64,000 bases of DNA, taken from NCBI GenBank assembly GCA_002269645.1, contig NIVC01000538.1, positions 1 through 64,000 of the forward strand, read 5' to 3'. The translations under genes were made by a program, and so were the position numbers. The DNA comes from Macrostomum lignano. Lineage: Eukaryota. The notes beneath the pieces were generated by a model, which was not told the DNA's origin, did not search any database, and was given only the letters and a program-made list of their open reading frames with translations. Shown here piece after piece: positions 29,475 through 42,101 of the stretch (within the stretch, counting starts at the first letter, position 1; the number at the start of each line of letters is the position of its first letter).

Positions 29475-29951
29475 AGCTCCCGGACTGGTCGATCAGTTAA
29501 CAGTTGGATTGGATCTTGCGTTTCAACATTGTAGATGACAAGTTTTTTATAGGACCAAATAATTTAACCTCGCTGTTGTTTTAACTTTCTAGTCAATCTT
29601 AAAGCCCCCTTGCTCGCTTCGCCTCCTATTCATAGTAAGCGACACTGGCCTGTCTTTGTTAATTAGGAAATGGCAAAGACTTATACAAAAACTACTGTCT
29701 TAGTTGCTATGACGTTCAAGTTAGTTTTGGATAATTTATTTGGTTTTAGAAAGTTAAAGAAAGGAATCGTTCTAGAGTTAACCGAAAATATGCAACCGAA
29801 GTTATACTAAATTGAGAGAAGTGCTCTGCAACTCACCTATCTGCTGTGCGTAAATGAAAGAAATATTTAAGGTTAGACCAGCATGTATACTTTTAGGGTG
29901 GTGTAGCCCAGTCTCGCTTCCTGAGGAAAGCAAAGCGGACAAAAGGGCTTT

Positions 29952-30309
29952 TTTATTAGAGGCAGGGGGGTTGTGTACACCCTGGCGCACTTTAAGCGAC
30001 ATAGGCACACAACCGGCGAGAGGCATTACTATCCATTCTGCCGACTGAGCAGGCATACAAGCACGCGGATACGTACGCAGGCACACACTCACACAGGAGT
30101 GTACAGCGGCCCTAACTTTATTTTATCGTTAGGCATGTACACTTCACTGCGCCTTGGGGGTTGGCTCTCAAGGCCGTTAATTGCACGAGCAGAGCCAAGC
30201 CGAGATTCCAATTCAGCCCCAAATCAATGTGACTGCACTTGGAATCGAGCCTGGGTCGCTGGCACACCAGAGCCTGCGCTAGACTGCTGGGCCACGCCCC
30301 CCCCCCCTT
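29952..30309 (-). mobile_element. Full-length tRNA-derived SINE with 14-bp TSD
   Basis: gacaaaagggcttt at 29938-29951 and 30310-30323; minus-strand 3' end ctaataaaa. Confidence 0.9.
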
Positions 30310-30429
30310 GACAAAAGGGCTTTCTAAATAGATCAAGTTTTGACGCGGCCGCCAAGATTACTAAAATGTCAAGTCCAATTCAATATATTGTGTAGTGAAC
30401 CAAGATGTGTTTTATGATTAAAGTCAGGA

Positions 30430-30765
30430 GGGGGCTGTGTGCACCCTGGCACATTTTAAGCGACATTGTCAACACAACCGGCCAGAGGCATTGCTGCCCA
30501 TTCCGCCGACTCCCCTGAGCAGGCACACAAGCGCGTGGATACGTACGCAGTCATATGCACAGGCACACACTCACACAGGAGTGTACAGCGGCCCTGACTA
30601 TTTATCGTTAGGCATGTACACTTCACTGTGCCTTGGGGGGTTGGCCCTCAAGAACGTCAATTCCACGAGCAGAGCCAAGCCGTGATTCCAATTCAGCCCC
30701 AAATTAATGTGACTGTCCTTGGAATCGAGCCTGGGCCGCTGGCACATGACCAGTTGCTACGGCCA
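30430..30765 (-). mobile_element. tRNA-derived SINE, second adjacent copy
   Basis: Same body and B-box as the 29952 copy; head partly degraded. Confidence 0.85.
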
Positions 30766-31720
30766 TCCTGAACTAATCGGTAGTATAGGAAGATGATTAA
30801 ACTACTGAATTGAAATTGAATATGCGATAAGTGGCCACTCTGTCGACTGAGGTTTCTGCAAGTTGAGCGCTTATTTTTACTCTTGTCTGTTGTCATTTTA
30901 TCGATGTTATAGCAGTTAAAGCAAGCGACGCTGTGAAAATATTTACTGTCTTTACTACCACAGCTATTACAGCTTCAGTCTTTTTCGCTAGTCTAGATTA
31001 CCTATTTAAATCTATCTTCGTGTCTAATCCTTTTTGTTTCAGTTGTTGCAATAAGCGCTTTTTTAATTTTTATAAGCTTTATTATGACAAATGATTTGCA
31101 ATCTCAGTGGCAATTATGCCAATGCCGACACACGCAAACTTTATTAAGCAATACGTAAGGCTTTTCTCTGTAAGTTTTTATTTCGTGTATTTGTTAATAA
31201 ATAGTATGCTGTCTCTATATATTATATGCCGATTTATACTAGTCTCTGTCTCGGACCCACGTTTAGCCTATCCTGTTATTTTCTTTTACTGAGTGTATAA
31301 CCCTCTGCAAAACTGTGTTGAATAACAAGATGTTGCGCTTATAATTTTTTTAAAGTTTAAAATTATCTTTACTATTTGGCGAAATATAGATTATATTTTT
31401 AGTATATAGGATTAACATTAGGAGCTACGCTAAATTTGTCAAACATATGATAGGGTTAGCAGTTACCGAATATAAAGTTAATAGTTTTAGTTTAAAGGGT
31501 AAAATTTTGCGTCAAAAATTATTATTTAAATTCAAGATTTGCCATTCATGAATAAGTTCTGGTATTGTAGATGTTTAGATTTTTTAGCAAAGTTCGCTAA
31601 CAGTTTGTGCGTGGAAAGGTGAGTTCACATTACCGCCAGTAGCTCCGCTACCAACTACATTGATTTGAGTAATCTTTGATCGGCAGAGCTACTGCAGGAA
31701 ATGTGAACCAGCCTCCTTAA

Positions 31721-31790
31721 GTAGGATGAGTACCAGAGCGGTAACGTATCTGACTCTCTGGGTCCCTGGGTTCGATTTCGCGCACGGTGT
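31721..31790 (+). other. tRNA-like remnant (pseudo-tRNA or SINE head)
   Basis: A-box-like TACCAGAGCGG and B-box-like GGGTTCGATTTC at tRNA spacing; no convincing full cloverleaf. Confidence 0.35.
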
Positions 31791-31946
31791 TTGTGCGCGC
31801 CAATTTACTGAATGGGTAGATATGGCTCTTCGTCGGCTGCGGGTTTGTTGCAGGTGCCCAAAAGCCCCATCGCGACTTAGTAGCTGAAAGTTTTTTCATT
31901 GAAGAACCGTAAATTCCGGATTTCCACTTGGATGCATGCCGGCAAA

Positions 31947-32264
31947 ATGGTGAACGTCCCCAAGACCAGGCGTACTTTCTGCAAGTTCACCTGCAAGAAG
32001 CACACCCTGCACAAGGTGACGCAGTACAAATCCGGCAAGGCGTCTCTATACGCGCAAGGCAAACGGCGCTACGATCGAAAGCAGAGCGGCTACGGAGGCC
32101 AGACTAAGCCCATCTTCCGAAAGAAGGCCAAGACCACCAAGAAGATCGTGCTGCGCATGGAGTGCTCCGAGTGCAAGCACAGGAAGCAGCTGGCCATCAA
32201 GCGGTGCAAGCACTTCGAGCTTGGCGGCGACAAGAAAAAGAAGGGCCAGATGATCCAGTTTTAG
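31947..32264 (+). CDS. RPL36A: 60S ribosomal protein eL42 (L36a/L44), intronless, 105 aa
   Basis: [12 protein letters not shown]...[37 protein letters not shown]...[13 protein letters not shown]; AATAAA at ~32338. Confidence 0.97.
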   Translation: MVNVPKTRRTFCKFTCKKHTLHKVTQYKSGKASLYAQGKRRYDRKQSGYGGQTKPIFRKKAKTTKKIVLRMECSECKHRKQLAIKRCKHFELGGDKKKKGQMIQF

Positions 32265-32820
32265 GCTGGATGAGTGACGATGAATTTCCCTGCATTGTCT
32301 GGGGATCAGTGATGCGCTTGACTGGCATAACGGATGAATAAATAAAGTGAAATGCATGGATAGAAAGGCTCTTTCTTTTTCCAGCTTGGATAAGTCGCCT
32401 CGTTCTTGTTTGTGTTTTTTACTTAGGCAAGTAGTTTATTGTTATCCCAATGGATAAGAACTCATCCTCTACAGTCACAAGATGGATGTCACGACTAGCA
32501 CTATTTTAATTGCAATTTTGGAAGACTTGCTTTTAATTTTGACAGGCTGTGACAACGCCGGGCGAAATGCAACCTTTTTTGACAAACTCAAAGTTATAAA
32601 AATAAATAATTTTAAAAAAAAATAGCTTTACACTGGATAGCTAAATTCTATAACCGTTCTTCGGTGTCGTGTTGTACAATGGAATTTACACATTGAACTG
32701 ACCGTCAGAGTCTCCAGACATAAACCCTATCGAGCATGTCTGCAACTTTGTAAAGCTAAGAGTTCAACAGGGCGCTCCACAGAGTGCTGAATAGTTGTGA
32801 CTGGCGGTTTTGAATGCATG

Positions 32821-34016
32821 GGGCCGATTTCATGAAGCCAGTACAAGCGACAAGTTGACAATTTGCAAGTTACAAGTGTAAAATATCACAATTATTGCAT
32901 TTCAAGAAGAAGGATGACAATTTAACAGGTTAAAAGTGATAAGTGAATTTGTCAAGCCGTTTTTGCCGTTCTTTTGGCCATAGACAACACAGGTTTAGCT
33001 TGAGCACTATCAAAAGGTCCCACTTGTCAATGACAAGTCTACGGCATGGATGAAGGAATAGAAAGGATCGCTCATCTGAAATCGAGATATGGCCAAAACC
33101 TCCTCAAAATTGGGATATTCCCCCCCATTAGTTTTATTGGCTGCTGGAATTTAATAATAGTCCCCCCCCAAGTTCTTACTGGCTGAAGCTTGTACGCGGG
33201 GGAAATTCCAAGTCACGATTAACGTTAGAAATCTATATCTGATTTCTTCCTCTGGGCCACGACGGCTTAAGGGAAAGAAATTAGCATTTAAAACAAGAGA
33301 AAAGATCTATGTTAATACTACAGCCTAGCATGCGCGTTAATCGTGAATTTCCCTCGCGTACAAGCTTCAGCTATTAAGAACTTAGGGGCTACTATTATTA
33401 AATTCAAACAACCAATGAAATTCATGGGGGGAATATCCCAATTTTTAGAAAGTCTTAGCCATAGACGCTTTCAGATGAGCGATCCTTTCTATTCCTTCAT
33501 CCATGTCTACGAGTGGTGTAAGCTCTTGTCAACAGTCTACTTAGATAGAGAAACAAACATGATTGCTAACATACAGCGTTCCTCCGTCCTCAATTTTCGA
33601 ATCCACTTAAAATAAAGCATGTTTAGCGACAGTGAAGAAGAAAATGCTCTTCTAAATGAAGCTTATGCAGCGCGGATCTTTAAAGAACGAATCAACTTTT
33701 TCTAGAAGAAATAGTTTCTTCTCACAAGTAATCTTTCATTTTAGGCTTAGAGATACAGACTGAAAGAAACCAAATAAAATGCCACTTATCTTATCATTTA
33801 AATACTAATTATTTATAAGCAAAAGCTCAGAGTTCAAAATTTTATGGTTCTAAGCCAAAATTTATAGCCTTAGAAGAAGGATTGTAAGACCTAGGTTGAC
33901 CCATAGACTGCGCAACTATAGGGTCCTATTTTTAAACTTGACAAGTGGTAGCTAAATTCTCATGAAACTGAAATCGCTATCACTTGTCACTTGTACTTGC
34001 TTCATGAAATCGTCCC
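32821..34016. mobile_element. Non-autonomous TIR element (PIF/Harbinger-like ends)
   Basis: gggccgatttcatgaagccagtacaagcgacaag is inverted at cttgtcacttgtacttgcttcatgaaatcgtccc; no clear TSD. Confidence 0.6.
33045..33505. repeat. Long palindrome, ~175-bp arms and 110-bp loop
   Basis: 33045-33224 is the imperfect reverse complement of 33335-33505. Confidence 0.85.
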
Positions 34017-35309
34017 TGGCAGCAGCTGCACTAATAGTTCATCAACCGATCAGGATGCCATAATGAGTGACAACTTTTGCATGCTCGTGGTACTGTTAGC
34101 GAAAGAAAAAATTCAGCTCAAAAAATTCTTGTTCGATAAAATTTCAGAGCAGCATAAAAGCCTTTCTGTGAGCCATGCCATGAAAAACGAATTTGTACTT
34201 CTAGAGGTTTGCGGCCAAACTGTTCTGGTCTGCAAGTCCTGCAAGTTTTCTTGCTAATGTCATCAGTATAATAAGGATCAACAAACTATTGTTTAATTAG
34301 AAACTGGGAGCCGTGGCGCACTGTACGCGACATAAATCAACTATTTTATGTGCTGTTCCGCTTGTTAAGGTAAGATTTATGTGTTGTCTGATTTATTGTT
34401 GCTGCTTCGGCAGCGATAATTATATAACCTTTAATGTTTTCAGTTGTACATATTTTTGAAATAGGTGCGTTTGTACTCGCAAACTCATAAGAAACATTAG
34501 CGCTACATATTTTGACATCAGCAGCAAGCTTTAACGGGCTAAATAGAAAAAAAGTTAAATGGCAGAGTTGACATATTTTATAGAAAACGCATGACTATCT
34601 GAATTTTTTTTCGGAAAGAAAATACGTTAACAAAATGCGTACTGCATGGTCTATAAAGGGACAGTTTTAAAAGTCCCCAGTGTCTATCAGACCCTTTTAG
34701 AGGTCGTTTTGAAAGGTCCACATAGCAGGATACGGTTTTAAATGTCTGAAGAAAAAAATTATTAACCACCTGTGAGTCAGTCAATAAATTATGCAGTTAC
34801 GTTTATCTTCACCATTTTAAATGTATTGCCTTAGCTGCCAGGTATCCCGGTGGAAAACAGCTGGGGGCCACTGGCGACACTCGCGAGTGGGCCCCTGCAA
34901 ATCCCCTTGGCGAGTACTTTAGTCGGCCACCTGGGGGGGGGGGCAACAGGGGCCCCTGGGGGACAATCTCGGAAATGCCGCTTTTCAGTAGCCCAAATTA
35001 ACCCGCCGTCGTCATATATATCCAATACTGTATTGAGGCGATGATATTTACAAATGCATGTATTGCTGCTAGTTACTTGCACAGCACCGCAGACTGCATG
35101 TATTGAATTAGCTAGGGGAAAATTTAAGTGCCTCGCACAGGAACATGCAATCACATGAAAGATGGGGAGGAGAGGGGTGGGGAGTGCGAAGGAAAGAGAA
35201 CAGAAAGGAGAGAAAAGAGAAGAATGATGAAGTGAAGTGAAAGAGAGTTTAAAATCAACTATCGCAACACAATACTTACAACTACTGATCTAAATGTCCC
35301 AAAACCGAA

Positions 35310-35701
35310 ATTCAAACCTAAACCTAGAATTTTTTTCTTGTAGCTCTTTTGGGTTTTGACCATTGCATACAAAATAAGTCATACGCAGCTCACCGCAGAT
35401 ATCACTGCTAAGCTCTTGAAGGATAAATTATGAGTGATAAATTTTCTGCCCTTTCAATTTCTTAATTCTTTAGGTGGAGCTTTTTCATAGCTATCTAAAT
35501 AGTAGTATTTTTTACGGTCAGGATCAATCACCCAGCAAACCCAATGAAAACCCGGTTTAGCAACGCTATCAAAGTTAATAATACCGCATTCCTTTTTATG
35601 GTGTTGTCTGATTTAGGTAGTGTATCTCTCATGAAGACCCCTCGGAAGTTTGGAATCTCAAACTCATTGGCTAAATTTTGAAGAAAAGTGTTCGTCATCA
35701 T
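35310..35701 (-). pseudogene. Adenain-like cysteine protease of Polinton/adintovirus type
   Basis: FRGVFMRDTLP, ECGIINFDS...GFHWVCW, YYLDSY..PP, ICG; frameshifts present. Confidence 0.75.
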
Positions 35702-35744
35702 TTTTTAGAATTTTTAATTAAGAACCTATTTCTTGCAATATACA

Positions 35745-37030
35745 ATGACCAAATGGCAGACTTTTAATGTTGCCATTAAAGATGAATCTCTTATTATCCG
35801 CACCTGACAGGCCAATCTTCTGTTGTATAGTATAAATGTGGTTCTTAGACTGCAGTTTCGAGAATTTATAGATCTCTTATTGTGACACTGGTCATCTCTG
35901 TATGCGGCTTCATTTTACTCATTCCTAGCTACATGTTCAGGAACACCCTTCGATTTTTAATGTAATCTGATGTCTCACTTTTTACAAAATAAGACTACTC
36001 TCAACCCGATAAATTCAGTGATGTCCCGAGTTATCTCATCCTTCTTTTCCCAATTACTTTCTTGTTATTAGCGTAAAACATTTTATTACCATTCTGCGCT
36101 TTGATGATTCTGGGTATTCAGATAGGTCATACAAGTTCTGTATCAAAAGATCCTGATAAAAGTACTGTTTCAAGGTTCAGGATCTAACTGTCTGAGTCTG
36201 TATACAGAAGTTTTTTTGTCCTTGTATTACTGCTTCATGTCATAGAAGAACTTGTACATTAAACGTTTTGATTCTTCCAGAATAGTGACTCCAGTAAAGA
36301 TTGGCTTGCTTAATTTTTCTTGGTCTTATAGAATAGGATTGCACCCAAGTGATCATTTTAGTTGTGAAGTTCCTTGAAAGTAGGTTTTGATATATTCTTC
36401 AAAATGAAATCAGACTCTGATGATGTAACAACCTTCAAGTTTGTCTTTTTCCGCTCATTTTCTAGACTTTTACCATAGGCGAAATTATTGGCTAGCTTAA
36501 AGAGATCCTTGTCAAAGTTAGAAGTTGCTTCTGTTCTTAACTGGGTGTTCTTATCAATGTAATGTTTCATCCAGGCTTCTTCTGTAAAATTGAGAGCCCT
36601 GTGAACTTTGGTGACCCTACAACCCAGTGAAATAAAGTCCTGTAGTAGTTTGTAATTGATTTTATACCGTGTCTTGTTTAGATTCTGTGTGAGTTTCTTT
36701 GTATGTTCTTTTTCTTATTCCCTATTTCCCCCCTCAGGCACCATGTTCCATCGTGAGTTTCAATTATTTTTGGGCATTGAGTATTTCCTGGGAAAGGTGG
36801 AAATTCAGAAAAGTAGTCGTGCAGTTCAAAATTCAAATGGAATATCTACATCTACCTCATAAGTTGAAGGTGCTGAAAAGTCCTATTTTAGTCTTTCAAG
36901 CCACTGAAAATCTCTAGCAGGTAACTCCTGACTTATCGCCCTTCCATAGAGATTGTTTGCGTCTAGGTAGCTGATATAATTAGGGTTGCTTGCTGTTGTA
37001 TGATTCCATGTAGGGGTTGTTTTTGCACCG
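35745..37030 (-). pseudogene. Protein-primed DNA polymerase B (Polinton/adintovirus), C-terminal half, copy A
   Basis: YLDANNLYG, KLANNFAYGKSLEN, KPIFTG..IL, LYTDSDS, DNKRFI...LPFGH; many stops. Confidence 0.85.
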
Positions 37031-37123
37031 TTTTGTGTATTAATTTAGCCACTGAAGGATCAACTGTTCTTATTGTTTCAGGCTTTCAACTTTATCCGAT
37101 TTTAGACATAATTGCCACATAAA

Positions 37124-37640
37124 ATGAATGATGAAAATGAACACATCTATCCTGTGGTTGAGCTGCATGAAGCAGATTTGAGGGAGCGGGACTATTTCAA
37201 TCAAAGGGTGAAATGAAAGGCTTTATTGAATGCATTACTAAATATCTTACAATTTATAAAAAAAGGTAAAAAAAAGTACAAACGACAAAGTAGCAGGATA
37301 AATTGGATCAACATTGTGACAGGAAATGTAAGTCTCTTGGCTGCTACAGGAATTGGCATAGCAACATCGGTACTGACATTGAATCCCTTAGTCATTGGAG
37401 TAGTAATCGGGGCAATGAGTGGTTTTGAAGCTGTAAATCCATGTCATTGTTTGCAACTGTGAAAATGCATTGCCAAAAGCAGAAGGCAAAATACATTGTT
37501 CTCAGAGATCTGGCAAATCAATAAAGGGATTATATATTTACTCCCAAAAAGCAGTCGATGATTATAGAATAACTCTTGAAGAGGTTCAAGCAGCTACTGC
37601 AATTTATTCAGAATATAGAGAAAAAGAGACCAATTGTTAG
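37124..37640 (+). pseudogene. Small hydrophobic ORF resembling an adintovirus/Polinton accessory membrane protein
   Basis: Basic KKKYKR, Gly-rich TM segment (ATGIGIATSVLTLNPLVIGVVIG), KAVDDYRITLEEV tail; disrupted. Confidence 0.5.
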
Positions 37641-37769
37641 ATGCCTGTGTTGTGCCTGAAGAAGTTAACCATTCTGAAGTCGTTGATAAAATCCTCAAAG
37701 AGAGTAGTAGACTTGGTCATTCAGCGAAGTAAAAAGTTAAAAAGGAATTGCTGGAGAAAAACTGAGAGA

Positions 37770-39566
37770 AAAATTGGGTCTAGCTGATAAGCCAAAAGAG
37801 TACTCCGCAAACGCTCAATCTTTAATCAAATGCTTCAAGTGCGCCCCCATGCTTGAGTCAATTTATTTTTTCTTAAAAATGGAAAGGAAAATACCAGCGG
37901 CCTCTTATGAATTTGATTTCGACTCCGTTAAAGAAATTCGCGGTCTAATCTCCACAATTCTTTGCAAAAATTTGATGGCTAGAGATTCAATAAAATACAG
38001 ATTTTTGTTTGTTGCAGAATTTTATAAAGGAATCAAAGTATCGAACTTTGTTAAATCTGCTTCAAGTTGAAGCTAGTATTGAAAGTACAATCAGGGATGT
38101 TCTAGATGAACTTGATGAATGGAAGGATAGTTTTAATGAAAGAAGGATCGGGTTACTATTTTACGAAATTAGCAAAGATAGTGATGACGAAGTGACAAAT
38201 TAAAAAGCGGCAAAACATTGTTTTCTCTGCTCAAGGCCATTTGTAGATAGCAAAAAAATTCGAGAGCATAATCACTACAATAGTAAATACTCGTATCGTG
38301 GCGCAGCATGTCAATCATTTAATACCAAGGAGGGCAAGGCGAATCAAACCGTACCGTTGTTTCTCCTGAATGAACCTGGAAAAGACCCTAACTATTTGAT
38401 AGTTCCATTAACACGAATAAGGAATACAACATATAAATTGGATTTCATTTCTAAAACATCGGAAGACCATGTTGCAATTAAGTGGGGGAATTATACAAGT
38501 AGCGTTGTGTTTTTAGATGGATCTAGGTTTTTGGAACCATCATTTACACTCTCTGAAGAAGAAATAAAATATTTGCCCCCCCCCCCAGTGATACTGGTAC
38601 AACAGCAGTAATTAGAAAGGTTTACTCATTTGTCAATGCTTTTGAGAAGTTTAAGTCAACATTCTTGAGTTATTTCAAGATAGATCCTGCGTATTGCTTT
38701 TCCCTTTCTGGATTATCGTGGGCATGTAGGTTAAAATATACTAATGTGAAATTGGAATTACTCGGTGATAAAGAAATGATATCTATGATAGAAAGTGGCA
38801 TTCGTGGCGGTTTCTCTGGAATTCTTGGAGATCGATATAAAAAATGAATGACAAGTTTTAGAAAATTATGACAGCAATTCAGAATCGTCGTACATGCTAT
38901 ACCTAGACAAGAATAATTTATATGGTGAAGCACTGATGAAAAATCTTACTGTTGGAGATTTCAAGTTTGAAGATGATCTAGACTATCACAAGAATATTCC
39001 TGATGGCAGCGGTTGTTTTCTTGAAGTTGACCTTGAATATACAGAGGAGTGTAAGAAAGCTACAAGTAAATATCCACTTGCTCCTGAGAAACGAACTAGA
39101 TTTGAGGATTTATCTGACATACAGAAGCAATACCTTGAAGTCGAAAAGAAAAAGTTTGTTCAATCCAAGTTAATATTGACACTTTAAAATAAGGAGAAAT
39201 ATGTCTTACATCATACTACTTGAGTTTTATGAGAATAAGGGCATGCGAGTTACGAGAGTGCATGCAATTATTTTATTCAAAGAGTCAAATTGGTTGAGTA
39301 AATACATCGAATTTAATACTAGGCGGACAATGGAAGCAAAAACTAAATTTGAGAAATACTTGTAGAAGCAACTAAACAATTCATTCAGCGGTAAAGCAAT
39401 CGAAAATGTAAAGAATAGATCAAACTTTCACCTTGTAACTGAAGCAGAGGTTTCAAGGCGTCATTTCTCAAAACCAAATTTCAAAAATGTCATTGTGTTT
39501 AGTGAGGATGCAGTTTGTATCAAAATGTACAAAAGATAATTGCGTGACAAGCCAGTGTATCTCCCG
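37770..39566 (+). pseudogene. Protein-primed DNA polymerase B copy B, 5' part
   Basis: EndoVII-like YRGAAC, exonuclease-like FLDGSRF, IESGIRGG, YLDKNNLYG, FLEVDLEY, YPLAPE, QLNNSFSGKAIEN; stops at KPVYL. Confidence 0.85.
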
Positions 39567-39779
39567 TTTGCCCGCTTGGTTAGTCTATGTTTTAATGCAT
39601 AAATTTATCTTGCCCGGGTGATAAACGAGTTTATTTCCCGCTTGTCGGAGGGGCAAATAAACAAACTTTATATTTGGTCATAGACAAAATCGAAATATAC
39701 CGCAAATTACACAGATTGAACAAGGAAAAGTAACAAAACAATTACGTGAATTTGTCAATAATAAGTTAATGTTAAGTTA

Positions 39780-40815
39780 CTTTTGATTTGACGAATGATA
39801 GTAAATCCTAATTCTAGGATAATTACTCGAAACTAATAACGACACTGTTGGCCTCACCGTTGACATCAATCCGCATCTTCTTTTTAGTAGGAATATCCGC
39901 ATCTCGCTGCACCCTAGTTTCAGCCACTGACTCCGTCGTAACCTGCGAACAGATAAAGACCAGCTTTCCTTCGCCGCTGAGAATGGCACTCTGCATGTGG
40001 TGTCTGGCACTTTATACTGTTGGATATACTGCTCAAGCGCCTTAGTTGAGCTATACCCAGTAATTCCAGCTTGCAACTTGCTTGCATCGACTGCATGAAA
40101 ATGCCTTGACCACCTTGGGCGTCCGTTGAACCCTTTCAGTCCGCCTTGGTTGGTCTTGCTTTTTTTGCCTCCGTGTACACTAGACACTCGTCAACTCCTT
40201 AGCCATCCAGTGTTATTTCCCGTCCGAATTCAAGGTCGCGAAGCTCCGCCCCTCCACGAAGCCCAAAGTGTTTTCCGACAAGCCAGGCAACAGTGCGAAC
40301 TAATTGATCAGGGCGGTCAGCACCCAATGCGCCATTTACCCAGCAGTCAATCTCAATAGACGCAGGAATGGGCAGGGAAGCCTTTAGGCCTTTGCTCTTG
40401 CCATCAGCTGTTGATAATTTCATTGCTGAGTCTAAAGCCTTCCTGCTTTCGATGAACTCGACATCAGTCCATAAGCACCATTGTTGGCCGGACACGTTTC
40501 GCATGTGATATTGGAGCATTGAAAAAAGTCCTTTAGTTTGCCGGCCGAATATCTTTAATTCCGTTTTGTTCTCACCTCTAGAATAAACATCTTCAACAAG
40601 TAGTTAAAATCGTTCTTCGTGAATTCCTCCATCTCTTTCAATACCATTGATAATAGTCCGCCTGATGTAGCCCACTGGTTCTTCTTGAACTGATGCCATT
40701 CACGAAATGTAGCGATCATCCACTCACACTTTCTTATTGTGTTTGGCGGAAAAGTACTTTGAATCAAGGCGACTACTTCAACGTCCGTCAGACTTTCAAA
40801 CTGTTCGCTAGTCAT
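39780..40815 (-). pseudogene. Crypton-like (DUF3504/ZMYM-type) tyrosine recombinase, fragment 1
   Basis: NTIRKCEW..F..W, FILEVR, SRKALDSAMK, GALGADRPDQLVRTV..HFGLRGGAELRDL, SKTNQGGLK, AGITGYSSTKALEQY. Confidence 0.75.
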
Positions 40816-40945
40816 GTCGTGAAAATCTATATATTTATAATTATTCGCTTGCTCACTTGCAAAAATTTTATTTTCTTAGTCATTATATAAAATCCGATTA
40901 CTTATTTTATTGACATTTATTGGGCTCATTCTGAGCCAGGAAAGC

Positions 40946-41066
40946 CTAGTCTATGGTTTAAAGTGCTATAATTCCAGGCACATCAAATAATTTGATGGGC
41001 TCCAAAATGGAGACCATCAAATGATTTGATGGTCCCTAAATGAAAGCAGTTTGAACCATAGACTAA
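40946..41066. repeat. Palindromic mini-element with tagtctatggtt / aaccatagacta ends
   Basis: 16-bp inverted ends with 1 mismatch; two internal catcaaat.atttgatg palindromes. Confidence 0.75.
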
Positions 41067-41176
41067 ACAGAACTAGACAGTGTACTTGGATGCAACAAAA
41101 AAAACTTTTATTATATACTGTATAACGAAGCAACAAAAAAACAATTTTCCAGCCAAGCCATGGACAATTGGTAGGG

Positions 41177-41776
41177 TTATATAGGAAACATATTTAGTTT
41201 TTTCAATAATAGGCAATGCATTAAACGTTTCACCAACTCACTTAAACTGAATTTCGATTTTAGCTCCATCAATGATGATAGACTTGACACCGTGGTCAGT
41301 AATAGAAGCGCTGGAATCTCCAGAAGCGACAGGCTCACGTAAAAGTGTTGGATCATCGATAACAAGTTTTTCAGAGTTCCCGGCGGATATTTTTCGCCAT
41401 TCCCCTTCCTCACCTCAAAAACGAAGAAGTGCAACAGTTCGTTGATCTCATTCTTTGTAAGCTCTTCGACAGGCTTAATCACCGCGAGTCCTGACAGACG
41501 GCCTTGCATTTGCAGTTGGACACGATTCTCCTTCCACGTCTGGAACACATTCATCGCCCACTTTTCTCTTGCTAGTGTAGACTCAGGTGAGCTCTCTAGC
41601 ATTCTGCGCTCCAAAGCGGTCTCATCAAGCAACTCACCGAAACGAGAGCTAGGTTTGGTCGGCAGTGTTTTAGCGTTTCCGAGGGACGGCGGAACTACAT
41701 TTCCAGCAGGGGCTGGATCGAAAAAATTAAAAAAGTTGTCGCTATCAAATTCTTCTTCCATCGCGGTGTGGTTCAA
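41177..41776 (-). pseudogene. Crypton-like tyrosine recombinase, fragment 2 (N-terminal half only)
   Basis: STLAREKWAMNVFQTW...EINELLHFFVFEVRKGNGEKYPPGTLKNL. Confidence 0.75.
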
Positions 41777-41980
41777 GAGAAAGCTACGAAAGAAAGTAAT
41801 TCGGATTTCGTCTAGCTAGTACTGTCTTAAATTTATGGAAAAGTTGTCTATGGTTCCAATGTGGGGGCTTCGCCCCCACACCCCAATCGGGTCTTTGCCG
41901 ACTGGCTGCACCGCATTCGGCCCGGCTCAAGAGAAAGCTACAAAAATAAGCAATTCGGATTTCATATAAGATCACGGTAG

Positions 41981-42101
41981 TTTAATGCGCATTCTATGGT
42001 AGAAAGTCCTCGGCCACACTTAATGGTCCTCGGCTCGCTTCGCTCGCCTCGAGACCATCAAATGCAGCCTCGGACTTTCTAACCCTAGAATGCGCATTAA
42101 A
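41981..42101. repeat. Palindromic mini-element with central ctcgcttcgctcg
   Basis: tttaatgcgcattctatggtagaaagtcc inverted at ggactttctaaccctagaatgcgcattaaa. Confidence 0.75.
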
